Shown here: in pieces, positions 35,254-44,877 of the stretch
How positions within the stretch are numbered: position 1 is the stretch's first letter
Layout of the letters: each line of letters opens with the position of its first letter
IMG/VR virus record: IMGVR_UViG_3300027759_003944
Direction: 5' to 3' (one strand)
Length of the DNA: 64,000 bases
Source: a virus
Taxonomy: Duplodnaviria > Heunggongvirae > Uroviricota > Caudoviricetes
Position numbers and translations under genes: made by a program
Notes under the pieces: model-generated
Told to the model about the DNA's origin: nothing
Database searches by the model: none
The model's input: only the letters and a program-made list of their open reading frames with translations

Positions 35254-36577
35254 ACCATTCTACTAGGTTAGGAAATGTAACAGCAAAGTTTTTGTCTCTG
35301 CGTTGATCATATTGTGTGTAAAACTGTTTGAAGTCATTCAATAACTTGGGCATTTCAAATGCTTCGCTGTGCGGAGTTTTGACCACGTCCAGATAATCAA
35401 TCAAGCGTTGTACATGATTGATTTCGTGTTCGTGCAGACAGGGATTTTGACGATTGTGAAACAACCAAGATTCCAACTGCAACCGATAGCGATTGCGCAT
35501 GTGGTCAGGTAATACCAATGCACTTTGAAAGCTGGGAAAACGCAGGATATTCAAAGTAAAATTTACTTGATCACGGCCATAACGTTGTTTTAAATTCAAC
35601 ATCATGTTGAGGTGATCTACAATACTGTCCAAGCACAAGGCATTGATGGTACACATCACGTGTACAGCACCAACAAATCGACCTTGCAACAAAAACAACA
35701 CATTGTTGAGCCATTGATCATAGTCCAGGCCATCACGAATGTATTCTGCTTGCGCGAATGTGGCTTCCATTGAAGTGTACAGATCCACCCTGGGCAACGT
35801 GGCAACTGCCACAGCAAAGTCTTTCATCTTTTCCATGTCAATGCCAAGATTTGAATTGATGGCCAAACTTGTTGTGCTACGCCCTTGATTGGTCTTGAAC
35901 CACTCGATTAGCTGCCAGGTGTATCCTGACATCAAGGGTTCACCGCCAGTTATTCGGAGTTCTTGCAAGGTGCGGTGGAGGTCTCGTTCCCACCAGTCAA
36001 AGAAGGCTTCCACGTACGGATTAGTTTCACCGAATTTATAAAGTTGACTACTATCATGAGTGTGAGTAAAATGGTTCCTGCCATCGCTAACCAACCCGTT
36101 GTAGGGTCCATGCTTGCGTATATCATTGACCCAAGTGGAACTAAAAGCAGGATTACAATAAGAGCAAGCAAACTGACAAGTGCGATCGAAACTGATTTCG
36201 AGAGTTCTAAGATTGACATCATCTTGGATGGGAGTTTTAACAGCTTCATTCAAGGCCTCTATGGGATAAATTTTACTTTTGTACACACGGTCACTCACAG
36301 CGTCAGTGTGCATGTCTTCGATCTTCCAGCAGTATTCACAACCTGCAGGACGTTCACCTGCCAGCATTTTACGCCGGTCTTCTTTCTTTTGATCAGAATT
36401 GTGCAGCAGCCTAGAGTTGAGCCGGACTTTATCAGCGTCCACCAAATGGGCTGGCGGGTGATGGCAACTTGTTGTCTGCCCACTTCCTAACCAAATGGTA
36501 GCATTGTACCATTTTGCCGCACAAAAACTTGCGGATACAGGATCTAATACCTGTTGCTTAAATTCTAAATCTGTCAT
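35234..36577 (-). CDS. radical SAM protein, paralogue D
   Basis: CQFACSYCNPAFSSTW; ITGGEPLM; AEYIRDGLDYDQW; N-terminal SCHHPPAH and GERPAGCEYCW. Confidence 0.7.
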   Translation of the reverse strand: MTDLEFKQQVLDPVSASFCAAKWYNATIWLGSGQTTSCHHPPAHLVDADKVRLNSRLLHNSDQKKEDRRKMLAGERPAGCEYCWKIEDMHTDAVSDRVYKSKIYPIEALNEAVKTPIQDDVNLRTLEISFDRTCQFACSYCNPAFSSTWVNDIRKHGPYNGLVSDGRNHFTHTHDSSQLYKFGETNPYVEAFFDWWERDLHRTLQELRITGGEPLMSGYTWQLIEWFKTNQGRSTTSLAINSNLGIDMEKMKDFAVAVATLPRVDLYTSMEATFAQAEYIRDGLDYDQWLNNVLFLLQGRFVGAVHVMCTINALCLDSIVDHLNMMLNLKQRYGRDQVNFTLNILRFPSFQSALVLPDHMRNRYRLQLESWLFHNRQNPCLHEHEINHVQRLIDYLDVVKTPHSEAFEMPKLLNDFKQFYTQYDQRRDKNFAVTFPNLVEWYDSIQV

Positions 36578-37679
36578 TGATATATTGGGTTAACCGTTCA
36601 GGGAGTTCTGCACGTTCACGACGATTGTGTTCGCGGAGATGTTGATAATTGTATTTACAAATGTCTTCAGCAGCCTCCAAGAAACTGGCAGCACCATTAT
36701 AACATATATCTGCCACAACATCAACCATTCTGTCAGCACGAGATTTGGGGTCATCTATTAAATCAAAACGTTCGTCAATCAAATGACTGAATGTGTGGAA
36801 TCCTGCATCACGCAAATCTCTGTAGTATCCTGGATTGGCCGCTACAACAAATGGATGCCGCATGATCATGGGCTTCCAAATCTTTTCTGTGCGGAAAGTG
36901 TAGGGGTAATCGTATACTGTTTCAGTCACCACACTGAAGTAAGTGTCAATATAGGCAACAGGATTAATTTCAGCATCGCCCCAGGTGTTGCCAAACAAGT
37001 GGTGTTTGACAAATCCTGTGGGCAGGTTATCCATATTGGGCAGCGCACGATCAATTTCGTATTGTTTGGGCAACAGTCTCACCGGCTCTGAATCACCAGT
37101 GGTCAACTTACTGGTCCAGGCCATTTCCACACGGTCATTGAGATTGGTCCACAGAGCACGTTCCAGTAACTCTCGCTCACGCATGGCATCTATCAGATAC
37201 TTGCGATGCGGTCGCAGTCGGCCATTCAAAAACAAAAAATCATATGGCTTGTTGTCTTTGTGATACACCTGCGTATAAGATTCATGCGCATGTAAGTTTT
37301 CCAAGTACTCAACAATGTTGGAAAAGTAGCAGTCGGTTTTGCAATAATTCCAGCCTGGTTCTATGTTGCCCGATGTTAGTAATCCAATTCGACCGTCTCG
37401 CACATGTTCCTCCAGCATGAGTCGTTTCAACTGCAACAACATGGTTTGACTGCCTTCTGCTGGATTGGAGAATATGATGTGTCCTGGGTGTCGAGTTGCC
37501 CAGTCAGTAATAGAATACCAATTTTCTTTTAGTACGACTCGGCCCACAATATAAACAGCCACCGGATCCGGTTGGTCAGGCCACTGCCAAAAGCTGCCAT
37601 CAGCATAGGGTTTCAGCAGGTCCCAGACTTCGGCCCATTCATCCACAATAATTTTATGCTTGCCGAGCATGATATGCAC
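36558..37679 (-). CDS. GT10-like glycosyltransferase, paralogue 3
   Basis: YFSVVTETVYDYPYTFRTEKIWKPMIMRHPFVVAANPG...GFHTFSHL. Confidence 0.5.
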   Translation of the reverse strand: MHIMLGKHKIIVDEWAEVWDLLKPYADGSFWQWPDQPDPVAVYIVGRVVLKENWYSITDWATRHPGHIIFSNPAEGSQTMLLQLKRLMLEEHVRDGRIGLLTSGNIEPGWNYCKTDCYFSNIVEYLENLHAHESYTQVYHKDNKPYDFLFLNGRLRPHRKYLIDAMRERELLERALWTNLNDRVEMAWTSKLTTGDSEPVRLLPKQYEIDRALPNMDNLPTGFVKHHLFGNTWGDAEINPVAYIDTYFSVVTETVYDYPYTFRTEKIWKPMIMRHPFVVAANPGYYRDLRDAGFHTFSHLIDERFDLIDDPKSRADRMVDVVADICYNGAASFLEAAEDICKYNYQHLREHNRRERAELPERLTQYINDRFRI

Positions 37680-39060
37680 ACTCCTCCCACCATGATCGCA
37701 TCTCAGGGAATGTTTTCACGAAGTCTGTGCCGCGGCGACGGTCATGTTCACTGAAAAAACGATAGAAGTCTGCTCGGGCACGTGAGTGATCTGTCAACTG
37801 TGCTGATTGCATCCAGGCAATGTCACGATCCAGTCTGTGCAATTCATAGTCTTTGAATCCTTTGAATGGTGCGTCTTCAGTTTCGATCTGTCGCACCATC
37901 CAGGCCCACAACAGTTCCAGTTTGTCTACATAACTCTCAGGCAGGATCTGTAGACTCTGCCATGCAGGCTCACGCAACACAGGTGTGTCAAACCACACAC
38001 GTTGATATGCGTTGCTGTATACTTTGCGCAGGCCCAGGATGCCAGCAAACAACTTGTCCAGACTGGTCACACTCAAGTTGTTCATTGTGACAATAAATGT
38101 AAGACTTGAATAATTGGGTACTTCTGTAAGGAATTGGTTTACTCGATCCCATAACAGGTCAAAGTCCAAACCGTCACGCATGTATTCTGCTTGGGCTCCC
38201 CAACCATCTAAACTCACATACTGCATGAAGTGTTCAATGCGCCCGTCACAGATGCGTTTTACATAGTCTAAGTATTTCTGCCATGACTTTTCATCTACTG
38301 AGAAGTTACTTGTGACATTCAAATGCAGTTTAGGACTGGGGTTGGCCAACACATAATCAAACACACGATAGGTATTTTTGTCCAGCAACGGCTCACCACC
38401 AGTCATTCTAAAATGTTCTAGGTGAGGGTACAGGTCTGGCCACCAAGACCAGAAGGCGTCAACATAAGGGTTTGATTCTCTAACGGGAATAGGACCACGA
38501 CTGCCAGCAAAATGCTCAGGAGCATTATGAGGCACCAGGGTAGGATATGCTCCCAGTCTAGCAACTTCATCTGCCCATGAACTACTAAACTGAGGGCTGC
38601 AATAACTACACCGCAGATTGCAAGCGTGATTAAAATTAACTTCAACATAACTTGGAATGACATTTTCCGCTCCTGTGCTATTTTTTATTGATTCAAAATC
38701 TACGGCTGCCCAAGGCTCACCCGAACGATAGTGTCGGTCACTCAACTTGCCTTCGTTCTCCATGTTCCAGCAGTAAGAGCATTCTGTAGGCCGCTCTCCT
38801 GCCAACATCATCCGACGCTGTGCTTTTTTATGAGCAGTATTGTGCAATGCCGAAACATCTATTGTAATCTCTGCAGGATTGATAGCATGCAGCGGAGGAT
38901 GATAACATGAGTTGTTCATGCCTGTGGTCAGGTGTAGACTAACTTGTTTCCATTTGGCCAGGCAAAGTGCAGGACCCAGTTGTTGTTTCATTTGTTCAGC
39001 AGAATTTAAGAACTTGCTCTTGGTGTCTATTGACTCATCGCCTTTGTTCATTTTGGCCAT
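37654..39060 (-). CDS. radical SAM protein, paralogue E
   Basis: CNLRCSYCSPQFSSSW (MoaA-like); MTGGEPLL; AEYMRDGLDFD; N-terminal SCYHPPLH and GERPTECSYCW. Confidence 0.7.
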   Translation of the reverse strand: MAKMNKGDESIDTKSKFLNSAEQMKQQLGPALCLAKWKQVSLHLTTGMNNSCYHPPLHAINPAEITIDVSALHNTAHKKAQRRMMLAGERPTECSYCWNMENEGKLSDRHYRSGEPWAAVDFESIKNSTGAENVIPSYVEVNFNHACNLRCSYCSPQFSSSWADEVARLGAYPTLVPHNAPEHFAGSRGPIPVRESNPYVDAFWSWWPDLYPHLEHFRMTGGEPLLDKNTYRVFDYVLANPSPKLHLNVTSNFSVDEKSWQKYLDYVKRICDGRIEHFMQYVSLDGWGAQAEYMRDGLDFDLLWDRVNQFLTEVPNYSSLTFIVTMNNLSVTSLDKLFAGILGLRKVYSNAYQRVWFDTPVLREPAWQSLQILPESYVDKLELLWAWMVRQIETEDAPFKGFKDYELHRLDRDIAWMQSAQLTDHSRARADFYRFFSEHDRRRGTDFVKTFPEMRSWWEECAYHARQA

Positions 39061-40124
39061 GTTGATCTATCATAATATTTTTCAGTTTGCAAAGTGAACT
39101 GTTTGAATAATGGCTGCAATTCATATATCAAACGTCGATTGTGTTCTAGATCTTTTTGACACTTTTCCAATATAGTATTTGCAGAACCGTTACGAATCAG
39201 TGTATCAAGTATGTCAAACACATGATCCACTCGGTGTACCCCAGCATCATTATCATAATCCAAGCCAAAAACGTTTTCATAAAATCTAAAACCAACCAAT
39301 TTTTTACATATTTGATCTATCAGATCAGCATCCATGAATTCTTTCAGCGGTGTCCATACTTCTCTTATGATGTCCATCTCTTTAGCTCTTTTTATAGAAT
39401 TTCGTCCAGCAATTAACATAAAAGGACGTCCATACAAAATTGGACGTATAAATTTTTCAGATATGGTATAACAGTCTTCAGCAGTGGATGTTTCAAACAC
39501 TAATTCTACAGCAATCTGTCGATAAACCGTTTCCCAATCAGTATCCATTGTGCCAACAATTGGCGGTTTAAATGTTTTACCAATATCGCTGTAGGGACGG
39601 ATTTCTAATACTTCGCTAAATCTATCGTTGGTTTGGCACAGGTACTCAAGTAATTCTGGAGTATCAATTTGCTCTTTCAAGTCGTGATGAAAACTTGTGA
39701 GTCCAAGATCTTTAAATTCAAAATTTTTATGCCTTACTGCTCCTCTAATTCTTTCTGCTGTGGCGCGGCCTAAAAACATGCCGTACACCTTGCTGCCGTT
39801 CCAAACAGGTGGTTCAATATTGTGCTGCCATGCAGACAAAGGTTCCGTTGACCAAAAAGTATTAAAAATTATTTGTACAGTATAAAGGTTGTGCTTTTCA
39901 AGAAAATTTGGAGTTATAACAGTTATCTTGGTTGGATCCCAGTTCCAGACTGCACAAAGTTCATCCAGTAACTGGAACAATCCGGAATGCCTACCAGACC
40001 GGCATTCTTTGGAAAACAGCTCAACACTGCCGTGTTGTTGCATGCTTTGAATAATTCGTGAAGCCAGTTCAACGGGATGAAATATTTCACTGTCGCCCCA
40101 GTACCGTTGTATATCAATTACCAT
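39048..40124 (-). CDS. GT10-like glycosyltransferase, paralogue 4 (AT-rich)
   Basis: VFETSTAEDCYTISEKFIRPILYGRPFMLIAG. Confidence 0.45.
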   Translation of the reverse strand: MVIDIQRYWGDSEIFHPVELASRIIQSMQQHGSVELFSKECRSGRHSGLFQLLDELCAVWNWDPTKITVITPNFLEKHNLYTVQIIFNTFWSTEPLSAWQHNIEPPVWNGSKVYGMFLGRATAERIRGAVRHKNFEFKDLGLTSFHHDLKEQIDTPELLEYLCQTNDRFSEVLEIRPYSDIGKTFKPPIVGTMDTDWETVYRQIAVELVFETSTAEDCYTISEKFIRPILYGRPFMLIAGRNSIKRAKEMDIIREVWTPLKEFMDADLIDQICKKLVGFRFYENVFGLDYDNDAGVHRVDHVFDILDTLIRNGSANTILEKCQKDLEHNRRLIYELQPLFKQFTLQTEKYYDRSTWPK

Positions 40125-40803
40125 GGGAAAAAACAGCCTTTTGTTTTAAATCTACATAGCAATCTTTGCCGTTGCGTTCTGGCCAATCCTGTGGCCTTGC
40201 ATCCATCAACAAAATTCCGCGAGCTGCGTCTTCGGGGGTCATGTACATGTGCCAACCCATTGTTTGAATATTGTCATTCACATAAGCGGTGTGCGAATTT
40301 CTTCCATCGTACCGAGCCAGTTTCAACCACTTGGCACATTCCGCATTGTCAGTTAGAATTATACCACCACGGCCAATGGGTATGGCTTTTTTTATTTGAA
40401 AACTAACCACTCTCAATCCGCCGCTGTACATGCCTCGGTGCCATTGAATAGCTGCGTCCCATAGCGGATATGGTTTGAGTTGATAACACCCTATCCAGTC
40501 TTGATCGGTAAATTCAACCTGACAGCCGGCATGTTGGATATACATTGGCACACTGGCATAGGTATGCGAAGGTATAGTGATGGTACCTTGTGCATTCAAA
40601 TACTTCAAACTCAAAAACAAACCATGACTGCAACAATCTACTGCTACTGCATAAGGTGCACCAGCAAACTCAGCCACCTTGTTTTCAAATATTTCTACCA
40701 CTTCTCTAGGGTCATCAAAACTGTAACCTTTGTCTTGCAACATACGCAACTCAGGACGCTGTAGTTCTGAGGGCAAGGTATCCAGTGGCCATATGTTATA
40801 CAT
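40114..40803 (-). CDS. DegT-family PLP-dependent aminotransferase (short form)
   Basis: FENKVAEFAGAPYAVAVDCCSHGLFLSL...IPSHTYASVP; SFQIKKAIPIGRGGIIL lysine region; start placed at ATG 40803 (8-nt overlap with upstream stop) rather than 40851. Confidence 0.6.
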   Translation of the reverse strand: MYNIWPLDTLPSELQRPELRMLQDKGYSFDDPREVVEIFENKVAEFAGAPYAVAVDCCSHGLFLSLKYLNAQGTITIPSHTYASVPMYIQHAGCQVEFTDQDWIGCYQLKPYPLWDAAIQWHRGMYSGGLRVVSFQIKKAIPIGRGGIILTDNAECAKWLKLARYDGRNSHTAYVNDNIQTMGWHMYMTPEDAARGILLMDARPQDWPERNGKDCYVDLKQKAVFSHGN

Positions 40804-41443
40804 GTTTAAATTCCTTGATTTCTCCCACGTACCGGGCTGGGCTTCCCACATACCGGCCAGGACGCTCTAGGTTTTTTGTAACTGTGCTGACTGCACCAAC
40901 TTCAATACCATCACACAGTGTCAGTGCATTGAGCGCACTGCTGCGAAAATTGAATACCGAATCATTGCCTACTTGAGTGCGTCCTGCAATCATTGTGCCT
41001 GAATGTAATTGCACATTGTTACCTAGTTTACTGTAATGAGCTATCAAGCAATAAGTTTCTACAATGCAATGGTCGCCAATTTGACTTCCAAGTAAAATTG
41101 TACTAAATGGAGACACAAAGCTGCCACGACCAACCACAGCAGATACATCAGGATTGTAGCACACCACAGTGTCATGCACGTATCTTATACAATCTAGATT
41201 CTGCCGATCAACCATGTCTATTATGTGTTTTCTTAACTCTTGGTCAAGCGTAAAGGCAACCCCGTACTGGAATTGATCTTTGTTGTCTAGATCAACAAAT
41301 TGTTCGGGTTCTAAAATAAACACCTGCCCTGAATGTTCTTGAGACATAAAATGATAGGCTTCCTGAGTCAATGTGCTCGGGGCATACCCTATGAGACAGA
41401 TTGGTTTTTGATTAGCTATTAACATTTTTAATCCAAGGTTCAA
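40796..41443 (-). CDS. hexapeptide-repeat sugar N-acetyltransferase (NeuD/PglD-like)
   Basis: N-terminal Rossmann-like ICLIGY then left-handed beta-helix repeats (GSFVSPFSTILLGSQIGDHCIVETYCLIAHYSKLGNNVQLHSGTMIAG). Confidence 0.65.
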   Translation of the reverse strand: MNLGLKMLIANQKPICLIGYAPSTLTQEAYHFMSQEHSGQVFILEPEQFVDLDNKDQFQYGVAFTLDQELRKHIIDMVDRQNLDCIRYVHDTVVCYNPDVSAVVGRGSFVSPFSTILLGSQIGDHCIVETYCLIAHYSKLGNNVQLHSGTMIAGRTQVGNDSVFNFRSSALNALTLCDGIEVGAVSTVTKNLERPGRYVGSPARYVGEIKEFKHV

Positions 41444-42026
41444 ACATGTCCACGGTGTTTTCCCAAGATGTCAATTCAAGACTCTTGTATCTTACACTCA
41501 CACACCATCGTGAACGGGTACGTGTTTCAACATTGTGCGGTATGCCGGTGCGCACAAGCGTGGGGGTAGTACCTATAATTTTTCTCGTACTCTCATACGG
41601 TGCAATTTGGTCTAATGGCCAGTCTCTGTATAAAGTACCGGCAGGTGTCAACGAATCCACAGGTGGAATTGGTGGGATATCATACCAAATCATTTCGCTG
41701 TCGTCTAGCGAGTCCATGGTCCAATTGATTGCAGAGACAGCAGGTTCGCCGGACCCTGTCAGGATATCAACATGTACAGCAGGATGCAAATAATTGGGTG
41801 TACGATAAAATATCAACGCAGTTCGCACAGGAATTCCTATACTGTGCATGTATTCTATCCAATCAGCCGACAATAATTGGTCAACTGTTTGGTGTCCAAA
41901 ATGCCAAATACCCGCTGGAAGTTCAGCATATATGCTGTTGCGTAACAAATCATCAAGCACAACGTCTTTGCGGACTGCTTCTGCCACATCAATGGTCAAC
42001 TCCTGCCATGGTTGTTGATAATTCAT
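41412..42026 (-). CDS. hypothetical protein, possible 2OG-Fe(II) oxygenase/cupin (HxD...H...RxS)
   Basis: PAVHVD...GIPHNVETRTRSRWCVSVR. Confidence 0.3.
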   Translation of the reverse strand: MNYQQPWQELTIDVAEAVRKDVVLDDLLRNSIYAELPAGIWHFGHQTVDQLLSADWIEYMHSIGIPVRTALIFYRTPNYLHPAVHVDILTGSGEPAVSAINWTMDSLDDSEMIWYDIPPIPPVDSLTPAGTLYRDWPLDQIAPYESTRKIIGTTPTLVRTGIPHNVETRTRSRWCVSVRYKSLELTSWENTVDMFEPWIKNVNS

Positions 42027-42995
42027 TTACCACCCTTCCTGTTTGCGTATTACATCAATCTCTCTAGTCATGATGTCTTGATTGTGCCAGTTTGAACGAT
42101 AGTGTTGTTTGAAGAACCGGCTTTGTTCACCTTCAAATACAGCCATGGGCAAATCTAACTGGCTGTGTAACTCATCCGCCACACGTCCGCCCAACAGTCT
42201 TGGCTCTGAATCTTTTACACTGTCCCATATCTCAGTCAGGGCATCAAAGTCTTGCACCAGTCGATAATCCCAGTTTGTGAGCATGGTCATGTAGGTGCCT
42301 TGTCTAGCACCGGCCATGGCCCATTGACCGTTATTGACATCCGCACCAATATTGTGCCATATGGTCAAATTATCTAGATTTCTTTTGTGTACTTGCTGTT
42401 GAAATTCTTCTACTGTGGGTCGGGCACCTCGGCTCAGGCACATTTTAACACCTTCGCGGAATCCAGCCCGCCAGGCTTGAAAAGCAGAAGCATTGGGGTA
42501 TGTGGTGGAGTAGCAGTTGTACATGGGCCAATACATGGGATCAAAACAAAACTCCACTTCGGTTTCCACACGTCCGTCGGTGGCTTCGTGTGTGCGCATG
42601 TTATTGACAAAATCCTTGGTCCATGAACTCAATCCGCCATTGCCATACATCAATCCGTTGATGTGATTTCTTGCTCGCCAGCGGAAAACAGCTTGTTCGT
42701 AATCTGCTGTAGGAAGATCCAGAGTAGCATTGAAAAAAACAGGGTCTGGAAGATTATCTCCGTCAATAAGAACAAAGCGATCAGTAGTACTCTCAGCGGC
42801 GGCGGCTTTGTGGGCTGCATCACTTCCTTTAACTCCGTCCACACGTTTTGCCCAAGGCACCATGTTGCGAATCTTGATCCAAAACTCTTCTTTTTCAGGT
42901 TCATCATATGTCAAATATATGCAATCTAAGTCTGCTATGTCAATGCGTTTCATATGTTTGTTTGCTCCAGCGGATATGAGGTTGATCCTCGGCAA
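42027..42995 (-). CDS. hypothetical protein (322 aa)
   Basis: ORF; VLIDGDN could be a DxD but unsupported. Confidence 0.45.
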   Translation of the reverse strand: MPRINLISAGANKHMKRIDIADLDCIYLTYDEPEKEEFWIKIRNMVPWAKRVDGVKGSDAAHKAAAAESTTDRFVLIDGDNLPDPVFFNATLDLPTADYEQAVFRWRARNHINGLMYGNGGLSSWTKDFVNNMRTHEATDGRVETEVEFCFDPMYWPMYNCYSTTYPNASAFQAWRAGFREGVKMCLSRGARPTVEEFQQQVHKRNLDNLTIWHNIGADVNNGQWAMAGARQGTYMTMLTNWDYRLVQDFDALTEIWDSVKDSEPRLLGGRVADELHSQLDLPMAVFEGEQSRFFKQHYRSNWHNQDIMTREIDVIRKQEGW

Positions 42996-43284
42996 CGATT
43001 ACAGCGACATTGTCGGGATGACAAGGGGATCCAGAGTTGCCAGGGACCAATTTTGTTGTGGTTGCCCACGTTATTTCTACTAATTGACCATCTCGCACAC
43101 GCACGTTCATGGAGCCGCGAGCAAAGGTTGCTTGATCAATTTCAATGTATATACCAGGTACCCGTTCCATGCTGTAGAATAAAGGCTGACCTTGATCATC
43201 ATGATACAACAAGTACACCACTGGTTGTGGCTCTGGCATGTTGTGCAGTATGGACCAAAACTCTTCAGGTGTCATGCTTGCCAT
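42940..43284 (-). CDS. hypothetical protein (114 aa)
   Basis: ORF. Confidence 0.4.
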   Translation of the reverse strand: MASMTPEEFWSILHNMPEPQPVVYLLYHDDQGQPLFYSMERVPGIYIEIDQATFARGSMNVRVRDGQLVEITWATTTKLVPGNSGSPCHPDNVAVIVAEDQPHIRWSKQTYETH

Positions 43285-44039
43285 TCTTTAACATGGTAAT
43301 GAAATGCACCTGTCTGTGCCACAGTTTGTACACGCAGGCGCATGTCTTGATATTCCCAAATCAGTTCCTTGGTCCAGGCTTCAGTTGCTGTGCCTGCTAT
43401 GTGGCGTTTCATATGCACAATCTTTGGATATGTGCTGAATGGCATTGTGACCCGATCTCTGCCCATGATTTCAGCGGCCATGGCATACACTAGGTCAGTT
43501 GATGGTGTTTCATCCGGAAACTTTATGAGTTTTCGAAACTCTGCCCAATTGTCAAATATGTCTCGTACCCAGCCAAAAAACTCCCGAGCCGTTTCACTGC
43601 GCCGCCAGTAGGTCACAGCATTGTACACATCAGGCAGGTGGTTCACATCAAACACTCGTCTGTAGTTTCTCGCTGTGCTAACATTATCCTGCCAGTCTCT
43701 ACAGCCTGTTGATATCACAACATCTCTGTGTCTAAATTGGTCCCACCAATGAGCAATAGGTGATACAATAAACATATCTGCTTCCAGTTTGATGGTTTCA
43801 CGAAATGGTGTGAGTCGGAACAGTTGTGCATCGTTGGCATAAGGATTGGCTTGTGGCACAAGTTGTCTGTGGTGATCGTACAAGGGATCAGTGTAAGAGC
43901 TGTCTGTGACCAGGCAGATCCGTGCAGACGGATCCCAGTAGCGTATGGTCTTGGCCAAGGTTCTAGCACAATCCTGATAATCAACTGTGTCGCTGTTGAC
44001 AGCAACAATTAAGTAACCTTGTTCATCAATGGGCTGCAA
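43272..44039 (-). CDS. putative GT-A-fold nucleotide-sugar transferase, paralogue 1
   Basis: YLIVAVNSDTVDY...ICLVTDS and KLEADMFIVS (DxD-like); paralogous to next gene. Confidence 0.4.
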   Translation of the reverse strand: MQPIDEQGYLIVAVNSDTVDYQDCARTLAKTIRYWDPSARICLVTDSSYTDPLYDHHRQLVPQANPYANDAQLFRLTPFRETIKLEADMFIVSPIAHWWDQFRHRDVVISTGCRDWQDNVSTARNYRRVFDVNHLPDVYNAVTYWRRSETAREFFGWVRDIFDNWAEFRKLIKFPDETPSTDLVYAMAAEIMGRDRVTMPFSTYPKIVHMKRHIAGTATEAWTKELIWEYQDMRLRVQTVAQTGAFHYHVKEWQA

Positions 44040-44877
44040 CTATCACCCCCAGGTGTCGTTTACACATGGCATGAAAGTCTAAACCAGCCCAACTTAGAGT
44101 TTTGAGCCGACCTTCAGAGTTGGTATATTCAATTTCATAATGATCCTGTTCCACACAAGTCAATCCATGATCTGGCATGACGTTGAGCATGGGGAAGAAT
44201 ATCTCATGCACTGATTGTTCAGCACCTGCTACCAGTCCCAGGGCAATGCTTAGGGCATAGTCATTGCGATAGTTGCTTTGGTGGATGCCGTACAAGTCTC
44301 GGTAATGTTGCCAGTTGTTGCGTATCATTTGCATTGAATCAAATATGTATTGGCTAATGTTGCCACGACGGAACATCATCACTGTGGCCCACCACATGGG
44401 CATATTATACGCACCAAATGTGTCAAGGTTGGTCATACTGCTGGGATCAAACCCATCCTTAAATGCCGCAAACTGTTGTGGTAGTGTTAGTACTTCCAAT
44501 AATCGATCACTGGCTATCACATAGTCAGCATCTAGTACCAAGGTTTGATCAAATGGTGACAGTTCATAAGCATTAATTCGTCCAGCGTTGTGCCAAGTCA
44601 CCGTAGAGCCGTAATCCGCAAAGTGTCTTGAGCCGCCAGTGTCAGGCACAGTGGCAATGATGTGTTCAAATTCATGCTCGGCAGCTGCCGCAGGATCATC
44701 GGTGACCAAGGCCACAGGCAAGTTCAAATGCCTGCGAATGTTCCGAGCACTCCATGCTGCCATGGCAATGTAGTCCGTTGCCTCATTATTGAAGGCAAAG
44801 ATTAGCACACCTTGACTCAGCGTTTTTGATTTAGCTCTTGCCATTCTACCTGCCATGCATTCATTTGTTCTTGCCAA
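44026..44877 (-). CDS. putative GT-A-fold nucleotide-sugar transferase, paralogue 2
   Basis: GVLIFAFNNEATDY...VALVTDD, LVLDADYVIAS DxD; start may be internal (44844 or 44856). Confidence 0.45.
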   Translation of the reverse strand: MARTNECMAGRMARAKSKTLSQGVLIFAFNNEATDYIAMAAWSARNIRRHLNLPVALVTDDPAAAAEHEFEHIIATVPDTGGSRHFADYGSTVTWHNAGRINAYELSPFDQTLVLDADYVIASDRLLEVLTLPQQFAAFKDGFDPSSMTNLDTFGAYNMPMWWATVMMFRRGNISQYIFDSMQMIRNNWQHYRDLYGIHQSNYRNDYALSIALGLVAGAEQSVHEIFFPMLNVMPDHGLTCVEQDHYEIEYTNSEGRLKTLSWAGLDFHAMCKRHLGVIVAAH

